64,000 nucleotides of DNA from Patescibacteria group bacterium (GTDB lineage Bacteria > Patescibacteriota > Patescibacteriia > Buchananbacterales > UBA6539), in the NCBI GenBank assembly GCA_041649675.1, contig JBAZMQ010000002.1, forward strand, positions 65,920 through 129,919, read 5' to 3'. Both the position numbers and the translations under genes were made by a program. This document shows positions 1-8,976 of this stretch, in pieces. The stretch's first letter is position 1. Each line of letters starts with the position of its first letter. Below the pieces are notes generated by a model. The model was not told where the DNA came from and did not search any database. It saw only the letters and a list, made by a program, of their open reading frames with translations.

Positions 1-365
1 TTAATAATTTCTGGCACCGAAATCAATTTAAAAAAACTGGCCAAAAATATTTCATCCAAAATTACCAGATTAAATTTAGAACTTTTTAAAATTTTCTTGC
101 AAAATTTCAAAGCTTTTTTAGCTTCAACTTTATCATTGGGTTTACCTAAGCCATAAATAAAAGTTTTTTGGCCAAAGCGCTTGACTGTAATTTCCGGCAG
201 TTTCTTTAAACTGTTTAACTCGCTGTAATCCTGGGCTTTAAGAAATTGAACAATATACACTTTAAAACCCGCACCTACAGCGCGCAAAGCCAAACCTAAG
301 GCGGCTGTGGTTTTACCCTTACCATTGCCAGTATAAATATGAATTTTGCCTAAATTGCTTTTCAT
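1..365 (-). CDS. cobO: Cob(I)alamin adenosyltransferase CobO/BtuR, 3'-truncated at window edge (not in ORF track)
   Basis: Manual translation from ATG at 365: MKSNLGKIHIYTGNGKGKTTAALGLALRAVGAGFKVYIVQFLK...LVILDE, the CobA/CobO P-loop signature. ATGA overlap with the upstream gene. Confidence 0.9.
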   Translation of the reverse strand, partial: MKSNLGKIHIYTGNGKGKTTAALGLALRAVGAGFKVYIVQFLKAQDYSELNSLKKLPEITVKRFGQKTFIYGLGKPNDKVEAKKALKFCKKILKSSKFNLVILDEIFLASFFKLISVPEII

Positions 366-820
366 AAATCTTCTTCGGTCATTACCTTAATACCATTTTG
401 CAAAAGCAAGGCGGCTAAAACCCCATTGCCTTCAACTAAAGTCCGGGAAAAATTTCCATCATAAGTTTTGCCGTGGCCACAAGAGGGACTTTTAGCTTTT
501 AATATTGCTAAAGTTGCGCCAGTTAGCTTGGCGATTTGCAAAACTTCTTGGGCACCTTTAATAAACTCACCAGAAACATCCGTACCGTCCGGTTCCACGA
601 CTTTTACCTCCCCGATTAATACTCTATCACCCTGACCACCGTTAATTTCGGCTCCGGGCCGTGGAGTACTTTGGCCGCCATAAATTTCGGGGCAAACGGG
701 AATAAAATTTTTATCTTTAACAAAATCTAAAACCTTCTGATTAAGTCGATTACCACCCTTATAATCACAGTTTACACCTAACAGGCAGGCGCTAACTAAA
801 ATTGTTGGTTCTTTTGCCAT
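362..820 (-). CDS. DUF523 family protein (2-thiouracil desulfurase-like Fe-S protein)
   Basis: Motifs ILVSACLLG, PVCPE, AILKAKSPSCG, GNGV. Likely start MAKEP at 820. Confidence 0.85.
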   Translation of the reverse strand: MAKEPTILVSACLLGVNCDYKGGNRLNQKVLDFVKDKNFIPVCPEIYGGQSTPRPGAEINGGQGDRVLIGEVKVVEPDGTDVSGEFIKGAQEVLQIAKLTGATLAILKAKSPSCGHGKTYDGNFSRTLVEGNGVLAALLLQNGIKVMTEEDL

Positions 821-1029
821 AATCCCATTATAAATCAATCCTTTGCCGTTGACAAAGTATTCCTCATTGTGCTAAAAACAAGATGGCAAAAGAGATAGTC
901 TCTGGCGCCATTGAACACTACAATTGGCTTTATTTGCTTTAGAGCAAAAAAAGCCGGCTTCTTTTTTCGAAGAGAAGTGCACAGCTGCTTTAGAGCAGCG
1001 CCTGCTTTAGCAGGAAAAGGATAAAGATA

Positions 1030-1809
1030 ATGGGAGAAGATAGAAAAAATCTGACAGAAGCATTGATATTCCAAGCGGTAGAAAAACTGTTTGGACAGTC
1101 AACACTTACATTGCTAAAGGAACTTCAAGATTCTGCTGAGATGTGCCGGCAAATTGAGGCCATTGTTATGGCCGAATACAAAAAACCGGCCAACCAGGTA
1201 GAAATGCTTTGGCTACTGCTTCGTTTGACTGAATACAAAGTGCTGTTGGCGGCGGTGTCACCTACCACAGCTTCCGGTGATGATAACCAACTGAAAAGTA
1301 ACTGTGGCCTGGCTGTATTAAACAAAGCCATTGAAATTCTTGGCTACAAAAATTTGCGGGCAGCAGCAGTCGGAGAAATGCTTTACCACATGGCGGTAAT
1401 CTGTATCTTCAACCATGACTTGGAAATGAGCCTTGGTTTCTTCAAAGTTATCGTCAATTTCAATTTCAGTTCGGGCGGTGATTTAGATACGGAAATAGCC
1501 AACGCCATCCGGTTGGCAATAGTCAATAAAAATTCGACAGAAAAAATACCTTTGCCTCGTCTCCTCTGCTATTCTCAGATGCTTATGAACCAGGCGGCGG
1601 CGCAGACAGAGGCTGACAAAGTTAAGCGGGCAAGACCGCTGCTGAAAGTTTTACTTCATGCCATTATCAATACCCTGGATTTGCCAGAGCTTCTCTGTGC
1701 TGCTGAAATCTTGAAGTTGCTGACGGTAACTAAAGAAAATCAAAAACAAGGTTTGGAATTTCTCAGGGCACTTATGCCGGTCTTGGTTACGGCAGCGGAA
1801 GCTGAGTAG
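1030..1809 (+). CDS. Hypothetical alpha-helical protein
   Basis: 259-aa Leu/Ala-rich ORF downstream of a TTGACA element at 849; no recognised motif. Confidence 0.55.
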   Translation: MGEDRKNLTEALIFQAVEKLFGQSTLTLLKELQDSAEMCRQIEAIVMAEYKKPANQVEMLWLLLRLTEYKVLLAAVSPTTASGDDNQLKSNCGLAVLNKAIEILGYKNLRAAAVGEMLYHMAVICIFNHDLEMSLGFFKVIVNFNFSSGGDLDTEIANAIRLAIVNKNSTEKIPLPRLLCYSQMLMNQAAAQTEADKVKRARPLLKVLLHAIINTLDLPELLCAAEILKLLTVTKENQKQGLEFLRALMPVLVTAAEAE

Positions 1810-1813
1810 AAAA

Positions 1814-2099
1814 ATGGCTAAAGCAAAACCAAAACATTTTGCCCCATCACCATTTCGCCATCAAAGACCACGGCATCTGCCATTTGTGCAATGGTATGAT
1901 AAGCGCTGGCGATTATTATGAAGGTAATGTCTTTGTTGAAATTGTCAGCCAAAGAGGCAGGCGAAAGAAAAAAGAAATAAGGGTAATAAAAACCCACTTT
2001 CCGTGCCCTGACGAACTAGACGAAATGGAAAAAGAAGCCGCCCAAGAACGCCAAGAGGAAAATGGTTTTCAAGGCGAAATTTTTCAGTTAGCTGCCTAA
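1814..2099 (+). pseudogene. Small CxxC protein, probably frameshifted near its 5' end
   Basis: ATG at 1814 (MAKAKPKHF) is out of frame with HFAIKDHGICHLCNG...HFPCP. An imperfect duplication cattttgccccatcac/catttcgccatca lies at the junction. A TTG start at 1839 is the alternative. Confidence 0.4.
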
Positions 2100-2122
2100 A
2101 ATGATTTAGGTGGCTTTTTTTA
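2091..2122 (+). terminator. Intrinsic terminator
   Basis: gctgcctaaa-atga-tttaggtggc followed by T-tract. Confidence 0.6.
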
Positions 2123-2126
2123 TTAT

Positions 2127-2225
2127 TAAAAAGCAAATCCCCGCCTAGAGGGACCTGCTTTCGTGTTTGTTAGTTAAACTTTAACTTAAGCCGCAAAGTT
2201 ATTCACAGAGCAGTTTAAGCTATTT
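2127..2225 (-). ncRNA. Candidate ~95-nt small RNA
   Basis: Extended -10 (TGgTATAAT at 2229-2237), hairpin GCTTAAACTGC/GCGGCTTAAGT, then terminator AAGCAGGTCCCT-CTAGGC-GGGGATTTGCTT-TTT. No credible ORF. Confidence 0.4.
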
Positions 2226-2364
2226 ATATTATACCAAAAATACCATGATTAAAAAAGAAGAGGGGCAAGACCGTGCAAAAACGACCTGCCCCTGATAAAA
2301 ATACCCTCCAAAAATTGCGGCGGACCAAAGACCAAAACTACGAAAGGAACCAGGGTCCAAAGCC

Positions 2365-3114
2365 CTAGATGTAACTACTGCACGAGGCTGAACCCCACTT
2401 GGCACTGACATGGTCGACGCTACTGTAGTAGAGCCTGGGCTCACCGCCGCCGCGACACAGGTTGGGCACCTTGCCAGCGTCCTTAAACCGCGAACCAGTA
2501 GCATCAACGTTGTGCCGCGCGAGAACATCTGTATGGATGTCCAGAGCAATGGCGCCGGTTGCGATAACGCGCAGACGGCCTTGGTCCTCGATAATGGTTT
2601 TTTCGTCTTCCGGGGTAGTTTTGTCGGTGCAGAACTGCTGGCCGTCTTCCACGTCAGTCAGCCACCAGGCGATGCCTTCAGGCAATTCCACTTCGTCGGT
2701 GATCTCGTCGTCGGTCAGGTAGTTGGTGCCATCATTGCCTATGTACTTGGCCATCAGCATTTGCACACTGGCGGTCAGAAAGTCCTTGCTGATGGCGGCA
2801 AGTATTGGCAGATGGGTACCGATGATCGGCACGTTCGCGACCTTGGCAATCGCCGCTTCTCGTTTGGACTCAAGGCAGGTGACAATCGCGTCAATCTGTT
2901 CTTGCGTGACCTTGCCTTTTGCGACGAGCTCGCCGAGCCGCTGCCGCAGACAGGCGACCTGCTCGTTGGCCATGGCCAGCAATTCCTCGGCTGTGTAGAC
3001 CTTGTGCTTGCCGACCAACCCTTCCTTGATCTTTCCGAGAACTTCATCAACCTTGTCCGGCGGTACGTTGATCAGGACATCAACTGCCTCGTTCACAACC
3101 TTCCTCATGTCCAT
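2365..3114 (-). CDS. DUF5701-like protein with DGR-variable-region-like C-terminus
   Basis: Motifs WWLTDVEDG, GSR...VPNL...PRL...WGSASC. RBS GGGAG before ATG at 3114. Visibly GC-richer than neighbours. Confidence 0.65.
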   Translation of the reverse strand: MDMRKVVNEAVDVLINVPPDKVDEVLGKIKEGLVGKHKVYTAEELLAMANEQVACLRQRLGELVAKGKVTQEQIDAIVTCLESKREAAIAKVANVPIIGTHLPILAAISKDFLTASVQMLMAKYIGNDGTNYLTDDEITDEVELPEGIAWWLTDVEDGQQFCTDKTTPEDEKTIIEDQGRLRVIATGAIALDIHTDVLARHNVDATGSRFKDAGKVPNLCRGGGEPRLYYSSVDHVSAKWGSASCSSYI

Positions 3115-3214
3115 GTTTGTTTCTCCCTTCGGAAACCTATGTTTGCCACTGCTCTCCGTGGCTCGAGATTTTCTCTGAATTTCAACAATATTGGTACTAA
3201 AACAATAACATGAT

Positions 3215-3243
3215 AATATATCATTTATTAAACCAAATGTCAA
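3215..3243 (-). promoter_or_regulatory. Sigma70-type promoter of the DUF5701-like gene
   Basis: TTGACA-17 nt-TATATT with extended -10 TG. Confidence 0.6.
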
Positions 3244-3364
3244 TAATAAAATACCTAAAAATAAACTCCCGCCTAGAGGAGCTTATTTTTTGAACTTATA
3301 TCCAGTTAATTAGACTGCTATACCAAATGAGAATAAACTTACCTACTGCTTTTTCTATACCAAA

Positions 3365-5719
3365 TTAACCGCATTTAGAAAAACCACAAGATCGGCACTT
3401 CAAACAGCCTTCGGAAATCTCTAAAATATTGCCGCATTCCGGACATTCCGGCGCCGTACCAAAATCCGCAATATCACGCTTAATATTTAAGCCATTGCCA
3501 TTATGAGAAACTGGCGCTGGATCTGGCGCTGGTTTAGCCATCGCCTCTTTAGTCACCTGATCAGCCGAATGAAATTCTAAACCCAACTTGGGCTGATTTT
3601 GAGTGATATGACGCTCTAAAATTTGAGCAATGGCGTCAGGCAGGGACAAAACCATTCCACCCTCAGTCCAAGACGGCATCGGCCCTCTAATCCCTTTAAT
3701 TTGCTTAATTACCTCTTCTGGCGGAATTCCGGCGCGCAAAGCTAGCGACAGCAAACGGCAGACCGCTTCTGACTTGGCCGAAAAGAATCCACCGGCCTTG
3801 CCAATTGTGGCAAAAACCTCAAATGGCCGGCCTTGCTCATCGTCATTAATGGTGGTAAATAAATCACCATAGGAGGTAGTAATTTTATAGGTAGTTCCCC
3901 GCATTGCTGCTGGCCGTTCTCGTTTATAAAAAGGTTGGGCCACAACTGGCTTTTCTTCCTTTGATTGGTGGGATTTACCAGTGGTTAGAACTTGGACTTC
4001 CCGGCTGCCATCACGATAGATCGTTACTCCCTTGCAGCCGGTTTCATAAGCCAATAAATAAGCCTTGGCAATATCTTCTTTAGTAGCGGTATGAGAAAAA
4101 TTAATTGTTTTGGAAACAGCATTATCAATATGTTTTTGAAAAGCCGCCTGCATCCGAATATGCCATTCCGGACTAATATCGTGAGCCGTGGTAAAAATTC
4201 TTTTTATATCATCGGGTATTTCGGCCAAATCTTTAATTGATCCGGCTTCCGAAATTTTTTCCATCAATTCTTTTGAATAAAATCCTCGCTCTTTGGCAAT
4301 TTGCTCAAAGTAAGGATTAACTTCAACCAATTCCACCCAATCATCACCCTTTTTGCCGATATGAGATTTACGAACATAGGCCAGGGCAAATAACGGTTCA
4401 ATGCCGGAAGAACAAGAAGCAATAATGCTCAAGGTGCCGGTTGGCGCAATTGTCGTTCGGGTGGCATTGCGAATACCTTCGCTTTCTGAAGTATCGTAAA
4501 TACTACCTTCAAAGTTAGGAAAGACGCCTTTTTCTTTGGCCAAAGCCACCGAAGCTTTGTCAGCCTCTTGTTTGATAAATCGCATTACTCTTTCGGCTAA
4601 ATCAATGGCTCTTTGGCTATTGTAAGGAATTCCTAATTGAATTAACATATCGGCCCAACCCATAATGCCTAAACCAATCTTTCGGTTATTGCGAGACATT
4701 TCCCCAATTTCTTTGACCGGATATCGGTTCATGTCAATTACATCATCTAAAAATTGAACCGCAATCTTTACTAATTCACCCAAGCGTTCAAAATCAATCT
4801 TGCCTTCCAAAACGAAATTGGCTAAATTGATTGAACCCAAATTGCAAGATTCAAAAGGCAGTAACGGCTGCTCGCCACAAGGATTTGTACTTTCAATCTT
4901 GCCAATATGAGGAGTAGGATTGAACTTATTTATTGTATCAATAAAAATTACTCCCGGATCACCATTTTTCCAGGCGTGCTCAACAATTTTGTCCCAAACT
5001 TCCTTGGCTTTTAGCTTAAAAGCCAGCTGACCATCGTGAGGATTGATCAAATCATACTCTTCGTCACGGTCCAAGGCTTCCATAAACCGGTCAGTAATAG
5101 CAACTGACAAATTAAAATTATTCAATTTATCATTATCTTCTTTAGCGTTAATGAATTCTAAAATGTCTGGATGATCTACCCGTAAAATACCCATGTTCGC
5201 TCCCCGCCGAGTGCCGCCTTGCTTGATCGTATCGGTTGCTGCATCAAAAACCCGCATAAAAGAAATCGGACCGGAAGCTAAACCGTTGGTCGTTTTGACC
5301 ACGTCTTTGGCCGGACGCAAACGAGAAAATGAAAAACCAGTGCCACCGCCTGATTTGTGAATTAAAGCCGTCTGTTTAATCGCTTCAAAAATATCTTCCA
5401 TTGAATCACCAACGGGTAAAACAAAACAAGCTGATAATTGGCCTAAATCCGTGCCCGCCCCGGAAAAAGTCGGACTATTGGGTAAAAAATCCAAATTGAC
5501 CATGATTTCCAAAAAGGCCCGCTCCAATTCTTCCTTCTTCTCTTTGGATAAATTATACTTGTCTTCGGCTTTAACAATAAAACTTGATACCCGCTTAAAC
5601 ATTTCCATTGGTTTTTCCACCACTTTGCCGTTTTCATCCTTTTGCAAATAGCGGCTTTCTAAAACCTTCAAAGCATTTTTCGTTAATTTCAGTTTTGGCT
5701 CACCAACTCCAAAAATCAT
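3365..5719 (-). CDS. nrdJ: Class II (adenosylcobalamin-dependent) ribonucleotide reductase with C-terminal TSCPD and Zn-ribbon region
   Basis: FLPNSPT, QLSACFV, GGGTG, RRGANM, TNPCGEQPL, CNLGSINL, TIAPTGT, SKTIN; C-terminal CPECG...CRSCGFSKCG. Confidence 0.95.
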   Translation of the reverse strand: MIFGVGEPKLKLTKNALKVLESRYLQKDENGKVVEKPMEMFKRVSSFIVKAEDKYNLSKEKKEELERAFLEIMVNLDFLPNSPTFSGAGTDLGQLSACFVLPVGDSMEDIFEAIKQTALIHKSGGGTGFSFSRLRPAKDVVKTTNGLASGPISFMRVFDAATDTIKQGGTRRGANMGILRVDHPDILEFINAKEDNDKLNNFNLSVAITDRFMEALDRDEEYDLINPHDGQLAFKLKAKEVWDKIVEHAWKNGDPGVIFIDTINKFNPTPHIGKIESTNPCGEQPLLPFESCNLGSINLANFVLEGKIDFERLGELVKIAVQFLDDVIDMNRYPVKEIGEMSRNNRKIGLGIMGWADMLIQLGIPYNSQRAIDLAERVMRFIKQEADKASVALAKEKGVFPNFEGSIYDTSESEGIRNATRTTIAPTGTLSIIASCSSGIEPLFALAYVRKSHIGKKGDDWVELVEVNPYFEQIAKERGFYSKELMEKISEAGSIKDLAEIPDDIKRIFTTAHDISPEWHIRMQAAFQKHIDNAVSKTINFSHTATKEDIAKAYLLAYETGCKGVTIYRDGSREVQVLTTGKSHQSKEEKPVVAQPFYKRERPAAMRGTTYKITTSYGDLFTTINDDEQGRPFEVFATIGKAGGFFSAKSEAVCRLLSLALRAGIPPEEVIKQIKGIRGPMPSWTEGGMVLSLPDAIAQILERHITQNQPKLGLEFHSADQVTKEAMAKPAPDPAPVSHNGNGLNIKRDIADFGTAPECPECGNILEISEGCLKCRSCGFSKCG

Positions 5720-5985
5720 AAATATTTATAATTACTTAATCTTTAATTGAGTGAACAAAAAATAAGACAATTGGTGCCTTATTAAAAATTTTTAACCAAC
5801 CACACTTTTATTTTTCTTTTCTGAAACTTATTTTATTTTTGATTTTTTGTTCCTACTTAATATTTTACTACTTCGTCTTTTTAAAAACAAGCTGGGCAAA
5901 ACTGCCAAAATAAAGGGTTATTTTACTTCATCTTTTTCCGGCTAAAGGCGGCGGGCAGGCCCGCCGAAATCACCAAAATCCAAAC

Positions 5986-7158
5986 CTACTTCATTTTTTT
6001 CCGGATGAAGGCGGGAATATCTAGCTCCTCCTCCTCGGGTGTTTTGTCAACTTCTTTAGCAAATACTTTTTTGACAATTTTTCTGGGCAGCCTGGTGATT
6101 TCTTCTTCTGACCGACGATTTTTAGCTTCAATAAACTCACTGGGCGTATAAGCTGATTCTTTGGTCGCTACACTTTCGGCCATATTGGCATTGCTGCGCG
6201 TTTCCCGACCAGAAAAACCAGTGGCAATAACTGTAATTTTTATTTCATCCTTCATGTTTTCGTCAATAACCGCACCAAAAATAATTTTGGCGCCCGGATC
6301 GGCTGACTGGGTAATAATTTTAGCCGCCTCATTAACTTCATACATGCCCAAATCTGCACCACCAACAACTGTAAACAAAATCCCCTTGGCCCCATCAATT
6401 GAAAGCTCAAGTAACGGGCTAGAAATTGCGGCTTTAGCTGCCTGAGTGGCCCGATTTTCACCGCTGCCTTGACCAATACCCATTAAAGCCGAGCCGGTTT
6501 CTTGCATAATCGTTTTGACATCGGCAAAATCAACATTAATCAAACCCGGCATGGTAATAATTTCAGCAATGCCTTGCACGCCCTGTTTTAATATTTCATC
6601 ACAAATTTTAAAAGCTTCTAATAAAGATGTTTTTTTATCAATAATTTGCAATAATCGGTCATTGGGAATCGTGACAATAGCATCAACTTTGTCTTTCAAG
6701 CTGTTATACCCTCTTTCGGCAATATCGCGCCGTTGGGCACCTTCAAACGAAAAAGGCTTGGTCACCACCGCTACGGTCAAAGCTCCGGCTTCTTTAGCCA
6801 TATTGGCAATCACCGGCGCTGCACCGGTACCGGTACCACCACCCAAACCACAGGTAATAAAAACCATGTCCGCTCCTTTAAGCAAGTCACGAATTTCACT
6901 TTGGCTTTCTTCGGCTGCCTTGTTACCAACTTCCGGATTCATTCCTGCCCCCAAGCCGCGAGTTGTCATTTTACCGATATGCAGCTTGGTATTGGCTTGA
7001 GAATGATGCAGGGCTTGAACATCAGTATTAATTGCCAAAAAATCCACTCCTTTAATCCTGGATTGGACCATTCGATTAATAGCAGCACCACCCGAACCGC
7101 CAACACCAACTACTTTGATTTTGGCAAAAGTTTCAATTTCTGGTTTGATTTCGGCCAT
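5986..7158 (-). CDS. ftsZ: Cell division protein FtsZ
   Basis: GVGGSGG, GGGTGTG tubulin signature, INVDFAD, C-terminal LDIPAFIRKK. Confidence 0.98.
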   Translation of the reverse strand: MAEIKPEIETFAKIKVVGVGGSGGAAINRMVQSRIKGVDFLAINTDVQALHHSQANTKLHIGKMTTRGLGAGMNPEVGNKAAEESQSEIRDLLKGADMVFITCGLGGGTGTGAAPVIANMAKEAGALTVAVVTKPFSFEGAQRRDIAERGYNSLKDKVDAIVTIPNDRLLQIIDKKTSLLEAFKICDEILKQGVQGIAEIITMPGLINVDFADVKTIMQETGSALMGIGQGSGENRATQAAKAAISSPLLELSIDGAKGILFTVVGGADLGMYEVNEAAKIITQSADPGAKIIFGAVIDENMKDEIKITVIATGFSGRETRSNANMAESVATKESAYTPSEFIEAKNRRSEEEITRLPRKIVKKVFAKEVDKTPEEEELDIPAFIRKKMK

Positions 7159-7212
7159 AGAATTAGGCTTTATCTTTTTTATACTCAAATCCTCCTTAAA
7201 TTTATAAATAAA

Positions 7213-8457
7213 TTATCTTTTAAACCCCTTAAATTTACCAAACAACCCTTTTAGGTTAGGTAAATAATTAAAAATTTTACCAAAACCGTTTTGACTTTGC
7301 TGGCCCTGAAGCTGACTGCCCCAAACCACTAGCCCAACAGCTGTTGAAAATGCCGGATCATTGACCTTGTCAATTGCACTGGTAATACTTAATGGCCGGC
7401 TTAGGCTGGCGGGTAATCGTAAACGGATCTTAGCGGCTTCAACCAGATTAGTCAGCTTGGATCCGCCGCCGGTTAAAACGACTCCCGCGGGTAGCTTACC
7501 ACTTTTGTCTATCTTTTTCAACTCGGTATCAATCTTGTCAAAAATTTCTTCAACCCTGGCCTCAATGATTTCGGCAATATACTTTTTAGACACAAAATTG
7601 CTCTCTTTTCCTTCCAATTCACCAATATCAATCTCGTCACGTTTACCAATTCCTTCGGCAATTGCCGAGCCATATTCCAATTTTATTTTTTCCGCCGTAT
7701 CAATTGGAATTCTTAAACCAATGGCAATGTCAGAAGTGATGTGATCAGAACCAACCGGTAAAACTGCTGTATGTAAAATATCGCCTTCTTCGAAAACCGC
7801 TAAACTGGTAGTTGAACCGCCGATATTAATTACGACTACTCCCAATTCCTTTTGCCGATTAGTTAAAACTGCTTCAGCAGTAGCCAAAATTGAAAGGACT
7901 AAATCATTAATATGAATATGGGGCCGGTAAACTGCCTTGGTTAAATTCTTTATTTGTGAACTTAAGCCCTGAATAATTTGTGTATCCACCTCTAACCGTA
8001 CGCCAGTCATGCCTAAAGGATCTTTAATTCCACTTTGGCCATCAACGGTAAAACCTTTAGGAATAACATGTAAAATTTCGTAGTTAGGCGGCGTGGCCAC
8101 TGTCCGGGCCGCTTCTATTGCCCGCTCAATATCATCTTCAGAAATTTCACCATCAGAACGAGCCACCGCTACCACTCCCCGGCTCTCTTGGGAAATTATA
8201 TGACTACCGGATATTCCTACCCAGGCGCTATCAATTGGTACCCCAACCATTCTTTCGGCTTTTTCCAAACAAGCGGAAATCGAAGAAACCGCATCTTCAA
8301 TGCTACTGATTATCCCTTTACTAATACCTTCAGCGGCTACTTCCGCTGAACCAATAATATGAATTTTACCTTGTTGGTCGGAAACATTTTGCCCCACCAC
8401 CAGCCTAATAGCGGTTGAACCAATGTCCAAACCAGAAATGATTTCTTGCTCAGCCAT
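7213..8457 (-). CDS. ftsA: Cell division protein FtsA
   Basis: GLDIGS, IGGSTTS, VVLTGGGS, FSTAVGL; directly upstream of ftsZ. Confidence 0.96.
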   Translation of the reverse strand: MAEQEIISGLDIGSTAIRLVVGQNVSDQQGKIHIIGSAEVAAEGISKGIISSIEDAVSSISACLEKAERMVGVPIDSAWVGISGSHIISQESRGVVAVARSDGEISEDDIERAIEAARTVATPPNYEILHVIPKGFTVDGQSGIKDPLGMTGVRLEVDTQIIQGLSSQIKNLTKAVYRPHIHINDLVLSILATAEAVLTNRQKELGVVVINIGGSTTSLAVFEEGDILHTAVLPVGSDHITSDIAIGLRIPIDTAEKIKLEYGSAIAEGIGKRDEIDIGELEGKESNFVSKKYIAEIIEARVEEIFDKIDTELKKIDKSGKLPAGVVLTGGGSKLTNLVEAAKIRLRLPASLSRPLSITSAIDKVNDPAFSTAVGLVVWGSQLQGQQSQNGFGKIFNYLPNLKGLFGKFKGFKR

Positions 8458-8538
8458 AATTTTTAGACTCTTTCAAATATATAAGATATTTTAACATAAA
8501 AGTAATAAACCGACAACTCCTTTACCTGTTGATTAACC

Positions 8539-8973
8539 CTAACGGACAAGGATTTTCTCTTCTAGGCGTTGCATCACCTTTTTTGGCTTGGGCTTTTGGT
8601 GGTCATAGCCTAAAAGGTGCAAAAAACCGTGAATCAAAAGCATTTCTAACTCTAAATTTACGGAGTGACCTAAAGCTTTTGCCTGCTTGCAGGCCCTTGA
8701 ATAACAAATTACAATTTCACCCAAATAATTAGCTGACAGCTTGCTAGGTTTTGACTTATAATCTCTTTCGCTAAAGCTTAATACGTCAGTAACCTTGTCC
8801 TGCCTGCGATAAATTCGGTTAAATTTTCTGATGGTTGGGCCAGAGACTAACGCAATTGAAACTTCTAAATTATCTTTGAGCTTTAATTCCTTTTGAATTT
8901 TGACCAACCATTTACGCCAAATTTTTTGAGCAATCTTCTTTCCACTCTGCTGGTTAACCGCAAACTTCATCAT
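8539..8973 (-). CDS. ybeY: rRNA maturation endoribonuclease YbeY
   Basis: TDVLSF, LGEIVIC, HGFLHLLGYDH. Confidence 0.95.
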   Translation of the reverse strand: MMKFAVNQQSGKKIAQKIWRKWLVKIQKELKLKDNLEVSIALVSGPTIRKFNRIYRRQDKVTDVLSFSERDYKSKPSKLSANYLGEIVICYSRACKQAKALGHSVNLELEMLLIHGFLHLLGYDHQKPKPKKVMQRLEEKILVR

Positions 8974-8976
8974 ACC

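Noticed and set aside
2410-3213. 267-aa plus-strand ORF and other overlapping ORFs
   Set aside because: Antisense shadows of the GC-rich minus-strand gene, which has the promoter, RBS and family motifs.
5720-5985. Possible cobalamin riboswitch or NrdR boxes upstream of nrdJ
   Set aside because: No B12-box or tandem NrdR palindromes recognised; only a short GC palindrome near 5948-5967.
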